The translations under genes and the position numbers were made by a program. DNA of 41,652 nucleotides from Geosiphon pyriformis uo1 (taxonomy: Eukaryota > Fungi > Glomeromycota), in contig JAAOMT010000093.1 of assembly GCA_016748015.1 (NCBI GenBank), forward strand, positions 1-41,652. The letters are read 5' to 3'. Of the stretch, positions 25,701 to 38,068 are shown piece after piece; within the stretch, counting starts at the first letter, position 1, and every line of letters starts with the position of its first letter. The notes below the pieces were generated by a model that saw nothing but the letters and a program-made list of their open reading frames with translations, did not search any database and was not told the origin of the DNA.

Positions 25701-26534
25701 TATTATAATAAGTGCAAATTTGATTGTTTTAAATTTTAATTTCAATCAAAAAAAAAAGAAGAAAGTTTTCAATGTTTAAATAAAATAAGGAGGCAAAACT
25801 AGATTTTCCAAGTTTATTAGAAAATATTTCCATTTAAAAAGTAATTTTAAAAGAAATTATTTTATTAAAGAGTTAGTGTCTCGAATTTGAGATCAAAACT
25901 TTTACATCTTTCTTGAACCTCTCAAAGTTTTCTTTTTGAATATTTTTTAAAGTGTACCTTTTTTATTTCATTACCCCAGTAAAAAACCAAAATATCATTT
26001 AAATATTATAGTTTTAATGTCATTCAGCTATTAAGAATTTTATGGTTTTAGCGCTAATAAAAACTTTCACATCAAGGATTACTTTGTACATAAAATTTAA
26101 TGGTTTTACAAGCTTCAAGAAGCTTGTAAAAATCAATATGCTTTGCTCTGAATCCTTCAATACATCTCAGTCTTGCTAAATTTGCTTCGTATTGACTCTT
26201 TTGTAAATTTTTAATTCCCTCCCCCCCCCATCTTCTCTCATTCCGAGTTTGACTGACCAGAATCAATTTATTCTTAGATCCCTTAATAAGACAATAGGGC
26301 GAACAATTTTTTATTTAAATTGCTTTAAATCAAAGATTTTAGAACCTTTGAGTAAAAGACAAGAGCTTACAGAAGAGGTAGCAGAAATTTATTCGTTTAA
26401 AATAAATTTCAATAAAAATTGTCCATAATGTTGTGTCATTAGTGATTATGATGCAATTTGTAAACTTCAATGTTTAAAAAGCCGATAATTTTGATACGGT
26501 CTAGGTCTAGCAAACACCATCTGTAACCTTAGAA

Positions 26535-26594
26535 CTAGGGTTAGGGTTAGGGTTAGGGTTAGGGATAGGGATAGGGATAGGGATAGGGATAGGG
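26535..26594 (+). repeat. Interstitial telomere-like array CTAGGG(TTAGGG)4(ATAGGG)5
   Basis: Ten consecutive NTAGGG hexamers read directly. Confidence 0.95.
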
Positions 26595-26815
26595 ATTTTC
26601 GAAAGCATAGTTAACCTTTTTAAGCATTTAGAGTCATTTGAGTCCCTGAAGATCTGTACCCTTTTAAGCAAGCGTCTATTTTCAAAAATTTCTAGCGTTT
26701 CAAATTTCTTAAAGGCCAAGCCTTTTCAAGAACGTGATTATGGATTGAATTCTTATTTATTATTAAGACGAGCTCTTTTAAATCTCCTTCTTTACCCAAA
26801 CAAAATACTCAAAAC

Positions 26816-29216
26816 ATGTCCTCAACTTCATCCATTGAAAATGCAACTTCACCCCTCGACTGGCTTGAAGGAGCATTAATTGTCATCAAAGAAAACTTGT
26901 CTATTTTTCCAGCTAGTGAATATTCAAAAGTTGCTGAGTTGGTGAAAATATATCTTGAGCGCGATCAGAAAACACCTGAAAATTTATTCGATCGCTTGAA
27001 TAATAAAAGTTCAAAGCGTTCAATAGATTATATTGCCCTCGGCTTTTGTTTAGAACATGGGATTGGGACTATTCCCAATTTAAAAAAGGCGTTTTTAGAA
27101 TTTCAAAAAGCAGCGAATGCAAAAGATTCTTTTGGACAATTTTTTTTAGGTTATTGTTATGATAGCGGAATCGGTACTGTACAAGATCGAGAAAAAGCAT
27201 TTGATATCTATTCAAAAGCAGCCGAGGCGGGTAATACAAATGCACAAAACGTTCTTGCCCTTTGTTATGATAACGGATTAGGAACAACGAAGAATAGGGA
27301 AAAAGCATTTAAACTCTATTCGAAAGTAGCAGACGCGGGACATACAATTGCACAAACCAGGCTTAGAACATATTGTCTACACGGACTGCAAACAATGAAA
27401 GATCTGGAAAAAGTGGGAAATCCAAGTTCTCAAACTAATATTGAAATGTATTATCAAAACGGATGGGGAATAACGAAAAGTCTAGAAGAAACTTTTGAGT
27501 TTTATTTAAAAGCAGCAGAGGTGGGAAATCAAATTGCACAATACAACCTTGGATGGTGCTATCAAAATGGATGGGGAACCACAAAAAATTTAGAAAAAGC
27601 ATTTGAAATCTATTCAAAAGCAGCAGAGACAAATAACTCAAGTTATCGAAATAATTTTCCTGATTTGAATGTCCTAGACCTCATTTTAAAGGATCAAAAT
27701 AGTCTAGAACGTTTTATTTTACAATTTCAATATAGAGGATTAAAATCCCTGGGAAATTCTAAAGGAGAGTTTTTAGATTTTGAAGCTTTCTTTGACCTGC
27801 TTTCAGATGAATTCAAGTGTCTTAAATGTGGTAACTTGGGCATAATCATTACTGGATCTCCTATATGTCCATTTTGTGATACTGATAAAAGTGATAATAA
27901 TGTATTTGAGGCTGGCTTGCCGAAATGTCCAGGATGCAACAGTACATTAAAAGATCCACTTTGGTGTAACTCTTGTGAATCATCACGATTTTCAAAGATT
28001 TGGAGAACATGGGATAGTGGAGAAGATAATATTGATAAATATATAGAATATACACAGAATAATTCTGAAAACTCCAGGGAATGTCTAGAATGGATTTCTC
28101 CCAATGAGATTGAATTTTTAGATAAAGTGGGAGAGGGAGGATTTAGTATTGTTAAAAAAGGTAGTTGGGAGAGAGGCAAAATTCTATTTTGGGACGAGAA
28201 AAATCAAAAATATGAGCGGAGTGGTGTTACTAAAGTTGTTTTGAAATATTTTAAAGATAAACAAAATAAAAAATATATTAATTCAGATGAGGTATTTTCT
28301 TTTAAAAAACCTATGCTATTTTTATTATTCCAATTTCTTTTTCTAATAATAGAAAACGTATTCAAATAGTTGATTGCTTATCTTACCTGTGCCTCGTGCA
28401 AATACATCCTTGAATGCTATGGAATAACCAAAGATGTCATAACTGATGAATTTGTTATGGTTTTATCATTTGCGGAACATGGAGACCTTAGAGCTTTTCT
28501 CAAGATGAAGGAAACCACTCTTACTTGGGAAATGTTTCTTCGTATTCTATTTCAAATCGCTAGTGGGCTAAGATTCATTCATAATTCAAAATTGGTGCAT
28601 GGGAACTTACATCCTGGAAATATTCTTGTTTTGAAATCAAACCCCTTAAAAATTGTCATTGGTAGCCTAGGAGTCTGTCGTCCTGCCAATTACCCTCAAA
28701 AGTCTGGGGAAATTTTTGGTGTTATTCGATACCTAGCACCTGAAATTTGTAACTTGTCCCCTCATACGAAGTATAGCAATATTTATAGTTGTGCCATCAT
28801 TTCCTGGGAAATTATATCGGGAGAAAGACCGTGGAATCGTGTTATAGATCATATATCCATTCAATTATATACAATTCAGGGAAAGCGCCTCCCAATCCAA
28901 AAGCATATACCTCAATGTATTAAGGAAATAATTGAAAAAAATTGGGATGATAAACCGCACTGTCGTGATAGTGCAGAAGAACTTCAACAAAGAGTTATTG
29001 CTGCTCGTGATAACTGTGACTTGTATGGATTTATCCGTGAAAAAAAAATTAAAATCGAAAAGGTACAAGATACGATGCATTCTAGAAGTCGTAGTATCTC
29101 GAGCCCTGAACTTTCTGAAAATGGTAAGCCTTTTCACTTATTATTATTATTATTATTTAAAAGGTTTCTTTAATTTAAAAGGCCTTTTTTTAGAGTTGGA
29201 TTTGGCGTTTGGTTAA
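26816..29216 (+). CDS. Sel1-repeat / Cys-rich / tyrosine kinase-like protein (~750 aa), predicted pseudokinase
   Basis: Exons 26816-28291, 28370-29123, 29194-29216, in frame. Sel1 repeats (LGxCYxxGxGTxKxxEKAF), four CxxC pairs, WDSGEDNID..LEWI, GEGGFS, VVLK, HGNLHPGNIL, GSLG, YLAPE. Confidence 0.92.
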
Positions 29217-31864
29217 GTAAGCAATGATAAATTAATCCATGGTCGATGATTCATAGTCCATAGTATATTTTTCCTAATTGGGTACATACATTTCAAAATA
29301 ATTGTGGTTCTTTAAACCTAATCTGATTAGAATTTTTGAATATTTTTAAAAATTTATATGCGAGTGTCAAACTATTAAGGACGGTTTCCATTACATACTT
29401 TAGAGTTAGACATGCTTGGCGTGTCAATATTACATAACCAATAATTTTACCTCCATAAACTTTAATCTTATAAATAGCGTGGAATTTTATTCTTTAGCAG
29501 AGAGCGTTATGATGAATATGAAAAAATAGATATATTTATTCGTTCTTATGCTCCTAGAGAATTGAATTGGGAATAAGAGGTTTTGAATCTTTTTTGAGAA
29601 TCAAAAAACTTTCTCTCATTTTTAAAATATAAAATATTTTAATTTTCTATGAATATTTTGGATCACAAATTAGAAAATAGATTTTCAACAATAAGCGACT
29701 TTAATAATTGAATAAGATAAAGCTAAAATAAGCAAATAAAATAAATGAAAATTAATATTAATTTTTTAAAGTGAATTGATAAATTTTGATCTATTTTATT
29801 ATTTTAGAAAAATAGTTAGGCTATTAATAAAATTGTGAATTTCAGAAAAACTCTTATTCAGAATTAAGTAATCATATTTTGTTTTGCTTAAAAACAAAAA
29901 CAATAAAAAATGTTAATTTAGTTATTGAAATATTTTGTAGTTATATAAAAATTGGCATTTAAAGCTGTAAAATAGTAGTTTATAATTTTCTAATTTTAAA
30001 CGATGAGTTTATTTTTGACCAGTTATTAAAATATTTTCCTAATTTAAATGATATAGAGCACCTATTGAGCTTTTTTAAAAAGTTTTTTTTAACAAATATT
30101 AGTTTTACTTATTTTTTTATTAAGTTAATAATAATTTTGCAAAATGTAAAATTTAAAACTATAAATTTTAACTCATAGATACAACTTAGAAGTAAAAAAA
30201 AAAAAACTTTTATTAAAATGTGTTGATAATAGTTTGTTTTAAAATTGGTTTTGATAATGAAATCAATTAAATAAAAATTTTAATTAATTATTTGTATTGC
30301 TGATTTGTTAATTTCTATTATTATATGCTTTAAAAGTTTTCAACTTAAAAAACTATTTTAATTACAATTTTTCTCTTGAAAAATAATGTAAACAAAGATT
30401 AATTTAGTTTTTTAATCGAAACCTTTCCTCCATTAAAATTAGAATGAGAGTCAAATGCATCTGAAAATTTTATCAAATTTGAGTATTTTCTTACATGTTC
30501 GCATCTTATAATTGTGGTTTATCTATTTGCCACTTTATTACTGAACCTTTTAATGTGAGATTCACCCTTTAAGCCCTTGATCAACTTGGAATCTAAAATA
30601 TATTATATACAATTTTTATTAGATTTATTTTTACATTGTTATACTTTTATTAAATTATTTTAAAAAAGTATTATTCAAGTTTACAATAATAAAATTTTTT
30701 AAAAAAATAAAAAATAAAAAAAAAATTGATTAAAATCAAAAATCTTTAATAAAATTAAATATTAATTTTTAAATATACAAATTATAAAAGTATTAATTAC
30801 TTAATATTATTTAGCATTTTTTTATTATGTAAAATGTTGAAAAAAAAATTTAAAATAAACAAATTATTTTATTTAATTATTAAATAGTAAATGAAATAAA
30901 ATAAAATATTTTTAATTTTAGTTTAAAATTATTATATTATAAGTAAATTATATTAAATAAAAATTTAATTTAAAAAATTAATAAAATATTAAATATTTGA
31001 ATTAAATAATAATAACTATCGGAATAATTAAAATTTGTAATCATTTCAAAGTAAGTTTTAAGAAAATAAAATATAATTTTTAATTATTATCGTATTAATT
31101 ATAATTAAATATAATAGTTGTTTAATTCTTTTAATTATAATGATACTTTTATTAAAAAATTTTGAAACTATATTTTATTAAGAAAAAAAATTTATTTTTG
31201 AAAAACCGATTTCTCAATTTTTTTTATTCAAATTAATAATATTATTATTACATGTATTAAAATTTTTAAAAATATTTCAAATTTTCAATTTAAAAGTTAA
31301 AAATATATATTCATAAAATATATTTTAAAGTTTTTCTAATATATATATTCAAATACTTTGTAATTTTTAAGTTATTGCATCGTTTCTCAACATTTTTTTC
31401 ACATATTTCTTTGATTCTTTAAACTGTTCCATTTCAGTCGTCAGTTTCACGCAGTTCATACCTTTAGCGGTGGAATGAGAATATTTATTATAATTTTTAC
31501 GATCATAATAATGGAGGCTTTCTTATTGCTAATTCTATAATAAAATGGAAAACTTATAAATGTAAGCTTTTCTTCTCTAAAAAATAGTATTTTGTTTTAA
31601 AATATACAAATAATTAATTAATTGATTATAATGTTCATAAAATTTCTTTGTAAATTTGATTATCATATTATTATTTTAATTTATTATTCATATTTATAAT
31701 TTCATATTGTCATAAATTAAAATAATGTGTTGGAAAAATTTTAATTATAAAAATTTTGATTTTGATTTTGATTTTGATTTAATCTGATAGGAAATACAAA
31801 AATAAACTATAATTTGTGATTGTCAAATCAATTTAACAAATTCAATTAATAAATTTTAAAATTC

Positions 31865-31911
31865 AATAATAATAATAATAACAATAATAATAATAATAAT
31901 AATAATAATAA
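31865..31911. repeat. (AAT)n microsatellite
   Basis: Direct reading; a short (ATTTTG)n run also lies at ~31753-31780. Confidence 0.9.
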
Positions 31912-32732
31912 TTAAAAACCTTGAGAAAGCAGTTAAATGGTAGTTAAAGCTAAAAAAAAATCCAAGAATATAAACGAAAACGTCTACAAATTTTATCTTT
32001 TTTTTAAGTCTATGTATTAATCTCGATTTTATTTTATTTAAAATTCTTTTTAAGAGTTTAAAATAAATTGTAAATTATTGGCGGTTAAAATTCTTTGCGG
32101 TAAAAAAAGTATCTATTAGAATTAAAATATCTATCATATATGAGTTTTGCATTAAACCTTTAAATTATTATATTATTTGGAAAATTTATCTTTCGAGTGT
32201 GGTGCATTGAAATGCCTATTGGTTGAAATTTAAAGCCAAAGTGGAGTTGATTGTGATCTTAAATTGTTTAGATCTTATTAAGTTTTATTCAAATCCACGA
32301 CTTGTATAGCAATCATGTAGAGATTTAAGCTCTTTGTGCAAACTTTCTAATTTCCAAGTGAAAAATGCGAAAAATTTTTCAATGTCAATGTCATTGTTAT
32401 TATTATCATTTTATTAGATTTACCTTAATTAATTATTCAAATCCCGAAATGATACCGAGCAAAAGTAAGATATGACAAAAACGGTCAATTAATTTAAATA
32501 GTTAAAATAATCTCCAAGGACACTTGATTGACTAAAAAAGGATAATCTTTCGAATGATCATCTAATCAATTAACAACAACGTGACTTTCTTTTGATATAT
32601 CACATTAATTAAATTTAATGGAGCTTTTTAATTAATTGATCATCGATATATATAAGGATAATTGTTAATTGTTAAAAGGGTTATTACTATTTCTTTAAAC
32701 TGAAAAAAAGTCTTCAATATCAAAAAAAAATT

Positions 32733-34339
32733 TTAGTCAGTTCCAAAAAGAAGTTCTTTAAAGGTCATTTGTTTTTGTTTTTTTCTCACTTCCCCTTCAC
32801 GGGTTTTCTTTTCTTTTAGCTTTTCTTTGGGGATGAAAGGGCACATGGTGTGTCCAAAATATGGACCGAAATGTTCATCATCAGGGTGTGATTCTCTATA
32901 CTTTTTTAATGAATCTTCTTGGTTAATACCTGGATATATGGCTCTATTAAAATGATTTCGTGCATTACAATCCTGAAAGTTTTTCAAATAAGATTAAAAA
33001 AAAATTGAAAATTTGCTTGATAGAGATCAAATATTGAAATAAACAATTACCTCATTTTCATATAAAGTAGCCGTATGATAGCACAAAAATATTTTAGGAT
33101 CTGGACAATGACATGAGGATGGTTCTATCCAAAATTCTTCTGGGAAGTGTCTATATAAAATTCTGCGAGGTCTTGATAATTTACTTGGAGACGTCTTTTT
33201 TACACGATAAAAGCCATCATTCGGAAAATTAGGCATCCAATCATCACCATGAGTTACTCTCCAAACTTTAGACAAGATTTCTTTAGTATGATGAATGAAT
33301 AATTCAGTTCCAATTCGTGGTTGACCAAAAGTAATAAGATTTACTGAAGAATCTTTGCGCCTCATTTTATATTCAAGCGAGGCAAATACCGCAATCACTA
33401 AACATTTTAAAAAAAATTATATCAGTAATTTTTATTAAATTTTTTTCAATCAAATATATACTCGATTTACCAGCTCCGATACCGAAACCCGTAAATGTAT
33501 ATTTTTTCCTCATTTCTTGGTTTTCAAAAATTTCTAATTTTTCCCAAAACTCTTTTGCCACAGATTCCCAACGCTTATAAAAAATTTTAGCAACAAAACC
33601 ATTCTCTACGTGTGGGTAAGGAATTAAATCCCATTTAGTATTGTCCGTATTACTCACTGTATAATTAAAATCATTCTCAAAAGCCCCAAAAGAGATAATT
33701 TCTTTTGAAAATATTGCTGTTAAAATATGAATGTAAGAAATTGAGATTAATCTTTTTTTCACTATATATTTTTTTCCACCTTTAAAACTTAATCAACTAA
33801 AAATATATTTACTAACCTAAAATTTGGTCTTTCCCACGACCCGATAAATAATGTTGATGCTTAAGTTCAGAAACTGTTTGACAAGATGCTTCCCATGCCA
33901 AAGTCGCACTTGAAGATAATTTAAGCAAAATATCTTTGTCACTAACAAGCTCTTTTACAAAGGTTACATCTACGTTATCAGTTCTTCTCATTGCAACTAT
34001 CGTATCATCAAAGCTATTAGCTAGTATAGTAAGAGTCTGAATATTATTAGAAGATATATTATTTCTTTTTTGAATTGATTTAATTAAAATCTTTTTCTGT
34101 TTTGAGTAAGAAGAAGAAATTTGAAACTCATTTTCAGTTTTATTTTGGAATGATTCAAGAAAATTTCTCTCTTTTTGCGAAAATAAAAGGATATGATCAT
34201 TATTAACTGTAGTAAGTTCATTTTTAGAGTAAACATAAAAAAAAGAAGTTTGATTAAAATATGAAAAGAATAATAATATTTTAAGGAATATTTTTAACCA
34301 ATTGTGTTTAATTGAATAAAGCATTTTCAAAGTGCACAT
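32733..34339 (-). CDS. Lipase class 3-like protein C (~451 aa), lacking the catalytic Ser
   Basis: Exons 34339-33817, 33716-33471, 33397-33051, 32972-32733, in frame. TGFGIGA|VIA, ITFGQPRIG, RVTHGDDWMPNFP, YRHFPEEFWI, CNARNH, EHFGPYFG; hydrophobic N-terminus. Confidence 0.9.
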
Positions 34340-34371
34340 ATTTCTTCCCTGACTAGCATCCTATCTATAAT

Positions 34372-34374
34372 TTA

Positions 34375-34421
<47 letters not shown>

Positions 34422-34479
34422 TTATTATTATTATTATTATTATTATTGTTATTGTTATTATTATTGTTATTATTATTAT
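34372..34479. repeat. Compound (ATT)n/(GTT) microsatellite in the divergent intergenic region between lipase-like C and D
   Basis: Direct reading, starting ~30 bp upstream of the C start codon. Confidence 0.92.
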
Positions 34480-34688
34480 CGGATAAAATTTTTTAATCTT
34501 ATTTAGGAGTGAAAACAAAAGATGTAATTTTCAAAACAAATAAATCAATGTTCAACTATTATTCAACAACACATAAAGTTTTTTAAATTTGGGATATTCT
34601 TAACCAAAATTGTGGATATATTAACCGACTTTTTTCGATTTTATAAGCACAACATATACTGAAAAATTGATGGAAAGAAAAAACTTTA

Positions 34689-36236
34689 ATGGCTAATAAA
34701 TCTAAAAATATGATTAAAACATTTTTTTTTGCACAAATTATGGCAACCCTTTTTTTATCTCTCTTTAAATCCTTTTTATCGTCAGATGAATATTTTTCGT
34801 CAGATAATTTAATACGGAATAACATGAAAATTAATTATTCTCATCCTTCACAAAAGATATTACAAATTAAAAATAATTTAATAGACCAACATCAAGTTTC
34901 AATGATAAAAAATAACTTAAAAATTAAATCAGAAAATTTTATTTTTAAAAAAAGAAATAATTTTGGTCCTTTTTTCAGAAAAACTTTACTCAATGATAAA
35001 AACCTATTAAACCTACTTATTAAAAAAGCGGATTTAGCTTGGAAAGCACATTGTCTTTTGCAGCAACAAAATTTTTTGAATAAAGGTGAACATCTAGTTT
35101 TTTTTTCGTTAAAAAATTGAAAGAATACATATCCTAATCATCTCAAAATTTTACTAAAAAAATCAGATAACCGTAAAATTACGTTTTTTTTGTTCGCCCA
35201 TGATCAGTCAAAGATCACATTTAGCTTTGCTTATTATAAAATCAATGATATGCAACCGTTGTTGCAGAGTTCAGGGAGATTATTTAAAGTCGTTCAGTTC
35301 CCAGATGTATTCGGTGCCTGGGTTGCTACAACTTATTATCACAAATGGCGAAAATATCTTGAAAAAAAATTTTTACATCGTCTTCAAAAGGAATCCAATT
35401 TTGAGTTCACTGGATTTGGCGAGAGTAGTCGTAAATTTTTATTTAATAAATGAAATATATTGAATTTAAGAAAATGTAAAATTTTTAATTTCTACAATTA
35501 CATCATTCTTACAAATTAGCGTATGCAATCTTTGCTGCTCTTGCATTTTTAAAAAAGTATCAACCAGAAAAGAGACCAATAGTTGTTACTTTTGGTCAAC
35601 CAAGAATGGGAAATGAAATTTTTGTCGCTTATGCCCAATCCAAACTTGAGGTAAAAAATAAAAAAAAAAGATTTTTTTTTGTGCCTAATATTAAAAGAAG
35701 CTTTTTGAAAATTTTTAATTGAATTGAATTTAAAAAATCAAGATATATCGTGTTACTCTTGAAGATGATTGGCTACCTAACTTGCCCCTACGAGGGGTAA
35801 GAAAATTTTCTAAATGGAATGATAAAATCGAAAGATCGAGTGAACTTTCTCTAATTTATGAAGAATACAAACACTTTACACCTGAATTTTGGATTGAACT
35901 TCAAAAAGATTTAATTTCCAAAGAAATATATTGTGAATGCCCGGAAAGTGATTATTCACTTGTATATGAATGTTATAACACTCATTCATTGGAAGAACAT
36001 CCGGTATAAATCTCGAAAAATTTTTTTTTTTCAAAAAATGATAAATGTTTAATACTTAACATTTAACTAAAAAAATTTAGGAATGCAATGCTCGGAATCA
36101 CGACTTTGACTTTCCAAGACAGTTAAAGTATTTCGGAAAATCAAATGACTTTCGTTATGGTCCATATTTTGAAAAAAATATGAGAAATTGTGAGAACCTT
36201 GAAACCAATGATCTCTTAAAAGAGACAAACAATTGA
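34689..36236 (+). CDS. Lipase class 3-like protein D (~402 aa), lacking the catalytic Ser and His
   Basis: Exons 34689-35085, 35167-35430, 35520-35650, 35743-36003, 36081-36236, in frame. TGFGESS|PYA, VTFGQPRMGN, RVTLEDDWLPNLP, YKHFTPEFWI, CNARNH, FRYGPYF. Confidence 0.88.
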
Positions 36237-37185
36237 GATTAATGAAATCTGAAATGTAAAACAAACAATATAGTTATAAAAATTTTAAAATTCTTTGATT
36301 TAAACAAATTCAACTGGTAAAAAAAGAAATTCATTAATTATATCACTTACACATTTAATTGGCTTGTTTGTTATAATTTTATTTAATATAAGTTAATATT
36401 GAAAAATAAAAACTTAATTTTAATTAAATAAATTGTTTTTGTTTTATAATTTTTTATTAAACACTACTTCTCTTTAATTCTCTGAATTATTAAATTCATA
36501 TCTGAATAATTACTGACCAAATATTTGAAATATATTTCTAAAGCGAATCAAAATATGTAATCTTTTTTCAAAAACCATTACACTTGTATAGTAGTATCTT
36601 TAAAATAATAAAAATTTTGACTATTTTAAAAAAAAAAAGAATTTTTGTTTTTGTTCAAGCTATATATAGATTTAAACTAGGGAAATTTTAAGTTTATGCA
36701 GTAATGACATTCATAATATTAAAAGTAATTATTAATGTTTTATTTGTCATAATTAATGATAATCTTGTAATTAATTTGAAAAAATTGCAATTATTATGAT
36801 AAATAATATTATCAAATATTTATTTAGAAATAATTTATCAATTATAATTTTCCAGGTCATTTTATAAATTATAAATAATTTGAATATATTATATGATTGC
36901 AAATAAGTTATTGTATTTGAACAAAAAAAATATAATATATTTTTTAGCAGCTTTTTACATTTAAATAGTTTTTTTTTCAAATCGGTCACAATTCACTAAA
37001 CACAATAAAATTTTTATTTTTATTATTATTTAAATAATAGCAAAAGATAAAAACTAATTTAAATAATATTTGTCATTTTAAACGAATGTTTTTTATTTAC
37101 TTTTGGCGAGATATTCTAATTTCACCATTTTTTTTTCGTGTTCAGCTTCTTCTGTGAGTAATTGTACAGTTAATTGAACTTCTGA

Positions 37186-38067
37186 TTAACGAGAGTTACC
37201 TTTTGTAATTGTATATTTCCTTTGGGCCTGAGGATCATCACAAATTGCCGAGCTCAAATAAACTTTTCGTACATATTTCGCCCCCTTTTTGATGACCTGT
37301 TTTTTGTCGAGGTTAGCCAGCTTAACCTTGGCATTAAGATCACCACCCGTTGCAGCTTTCTTATACCAATACAATGCTCGTTTATCATCCTTTTTTGTAC
37401 CCTGTGCCTCTCGAAAGCACTCAGCCAAATTAAATTGAGCACAGGGAAGACCAGCCCTGGCTGCTATTTGATACCAATAGAAAGCTTTGAGAAGATCTCG
37501 CTGAGTACCTAATCCTGATTTGTAAAAGCATCCGACGTTATTTTGGCCACCTAATTGACCTAATTCAGCTGATCTAAGAAACCATTTATATGATTTTTTC
37601 ATATCAACGATGGTTCCTATTCCACGCTGATAACACCGTGCAAGCCGGTATTGGGAATGTCCATTACCATCAATCGCAGACATCCGGTACAATTCGAAAG
37701 CTTTTTCTAAATTTTTTTTCACGCCAAATTCAATCTCGTAACAGATTCCAAGGAATAAATGACCATACGAGTAACCATTTTCGGAGGCAACTTTGTAAGC
37801 TTTAAATGCTTTTTTCGGATCAAAACATTCATTCATATACTGATAACAAAATCCGAGAAGGCATCTAAACTGTCGAACATAATGTTTTCTACTCGTAATT
37901 TTTTCAATTAGATATTCCAGGGAAATGTCGTGACTTTCAAGGTTGTTTTGTATCTCGAGCGCAATATCTAAATAAGTTTCTCCACGATTGATTGACTCAA
38001 GAAAACTTTTTGCGATCTGGTTCAATGGACCATATGTATAATTTAATGGGTGGAGATTTGAAATCAT
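37186..38067 (-). CDS. Sel1-like repeat protein (293 aa, single ORF)
   Basis: About five tandem Sel1 repeats, e.g. YRLARCYQRGIGTIVDMKKSYKWFLRSA and FNLAECFREAQGTKKDDKRALYWYKKAA. Confidence 0.92.
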   Translation of the reverse strand: MISNLHPLNYTYGPLNQIAKSFLESINRGETYLDIALEIQNNLESHDISLEYLIEKITSRKHYVRQFRCLLGFCYQYMNECFDPKKAFKAYKVASENGYSYGHLFLGICYEIEFGVKKNLEKAFELYRMSAIDGNGHSQYRLARCYQRGIGTIVDMKKSYKWFLRSAELGQLGGQNNVGCFYKSGLGTQRDLLKAFYWYQIAARAGLPCAQFNLAECFREAQGTKKDDKRALYWYKKAATGGDLNAKVKLANLDKKQVIKKGAKYVRKVYLSSAICDDPQAQRKYTITKGNSR

Positions 38068-38068
38068 T

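Noticed and set aside
26507-26719. 70-aa ORF with PIPIPI/PNPNPN
   Set aside because: Translation of the telomere-like hexamer array on the opposite strand.
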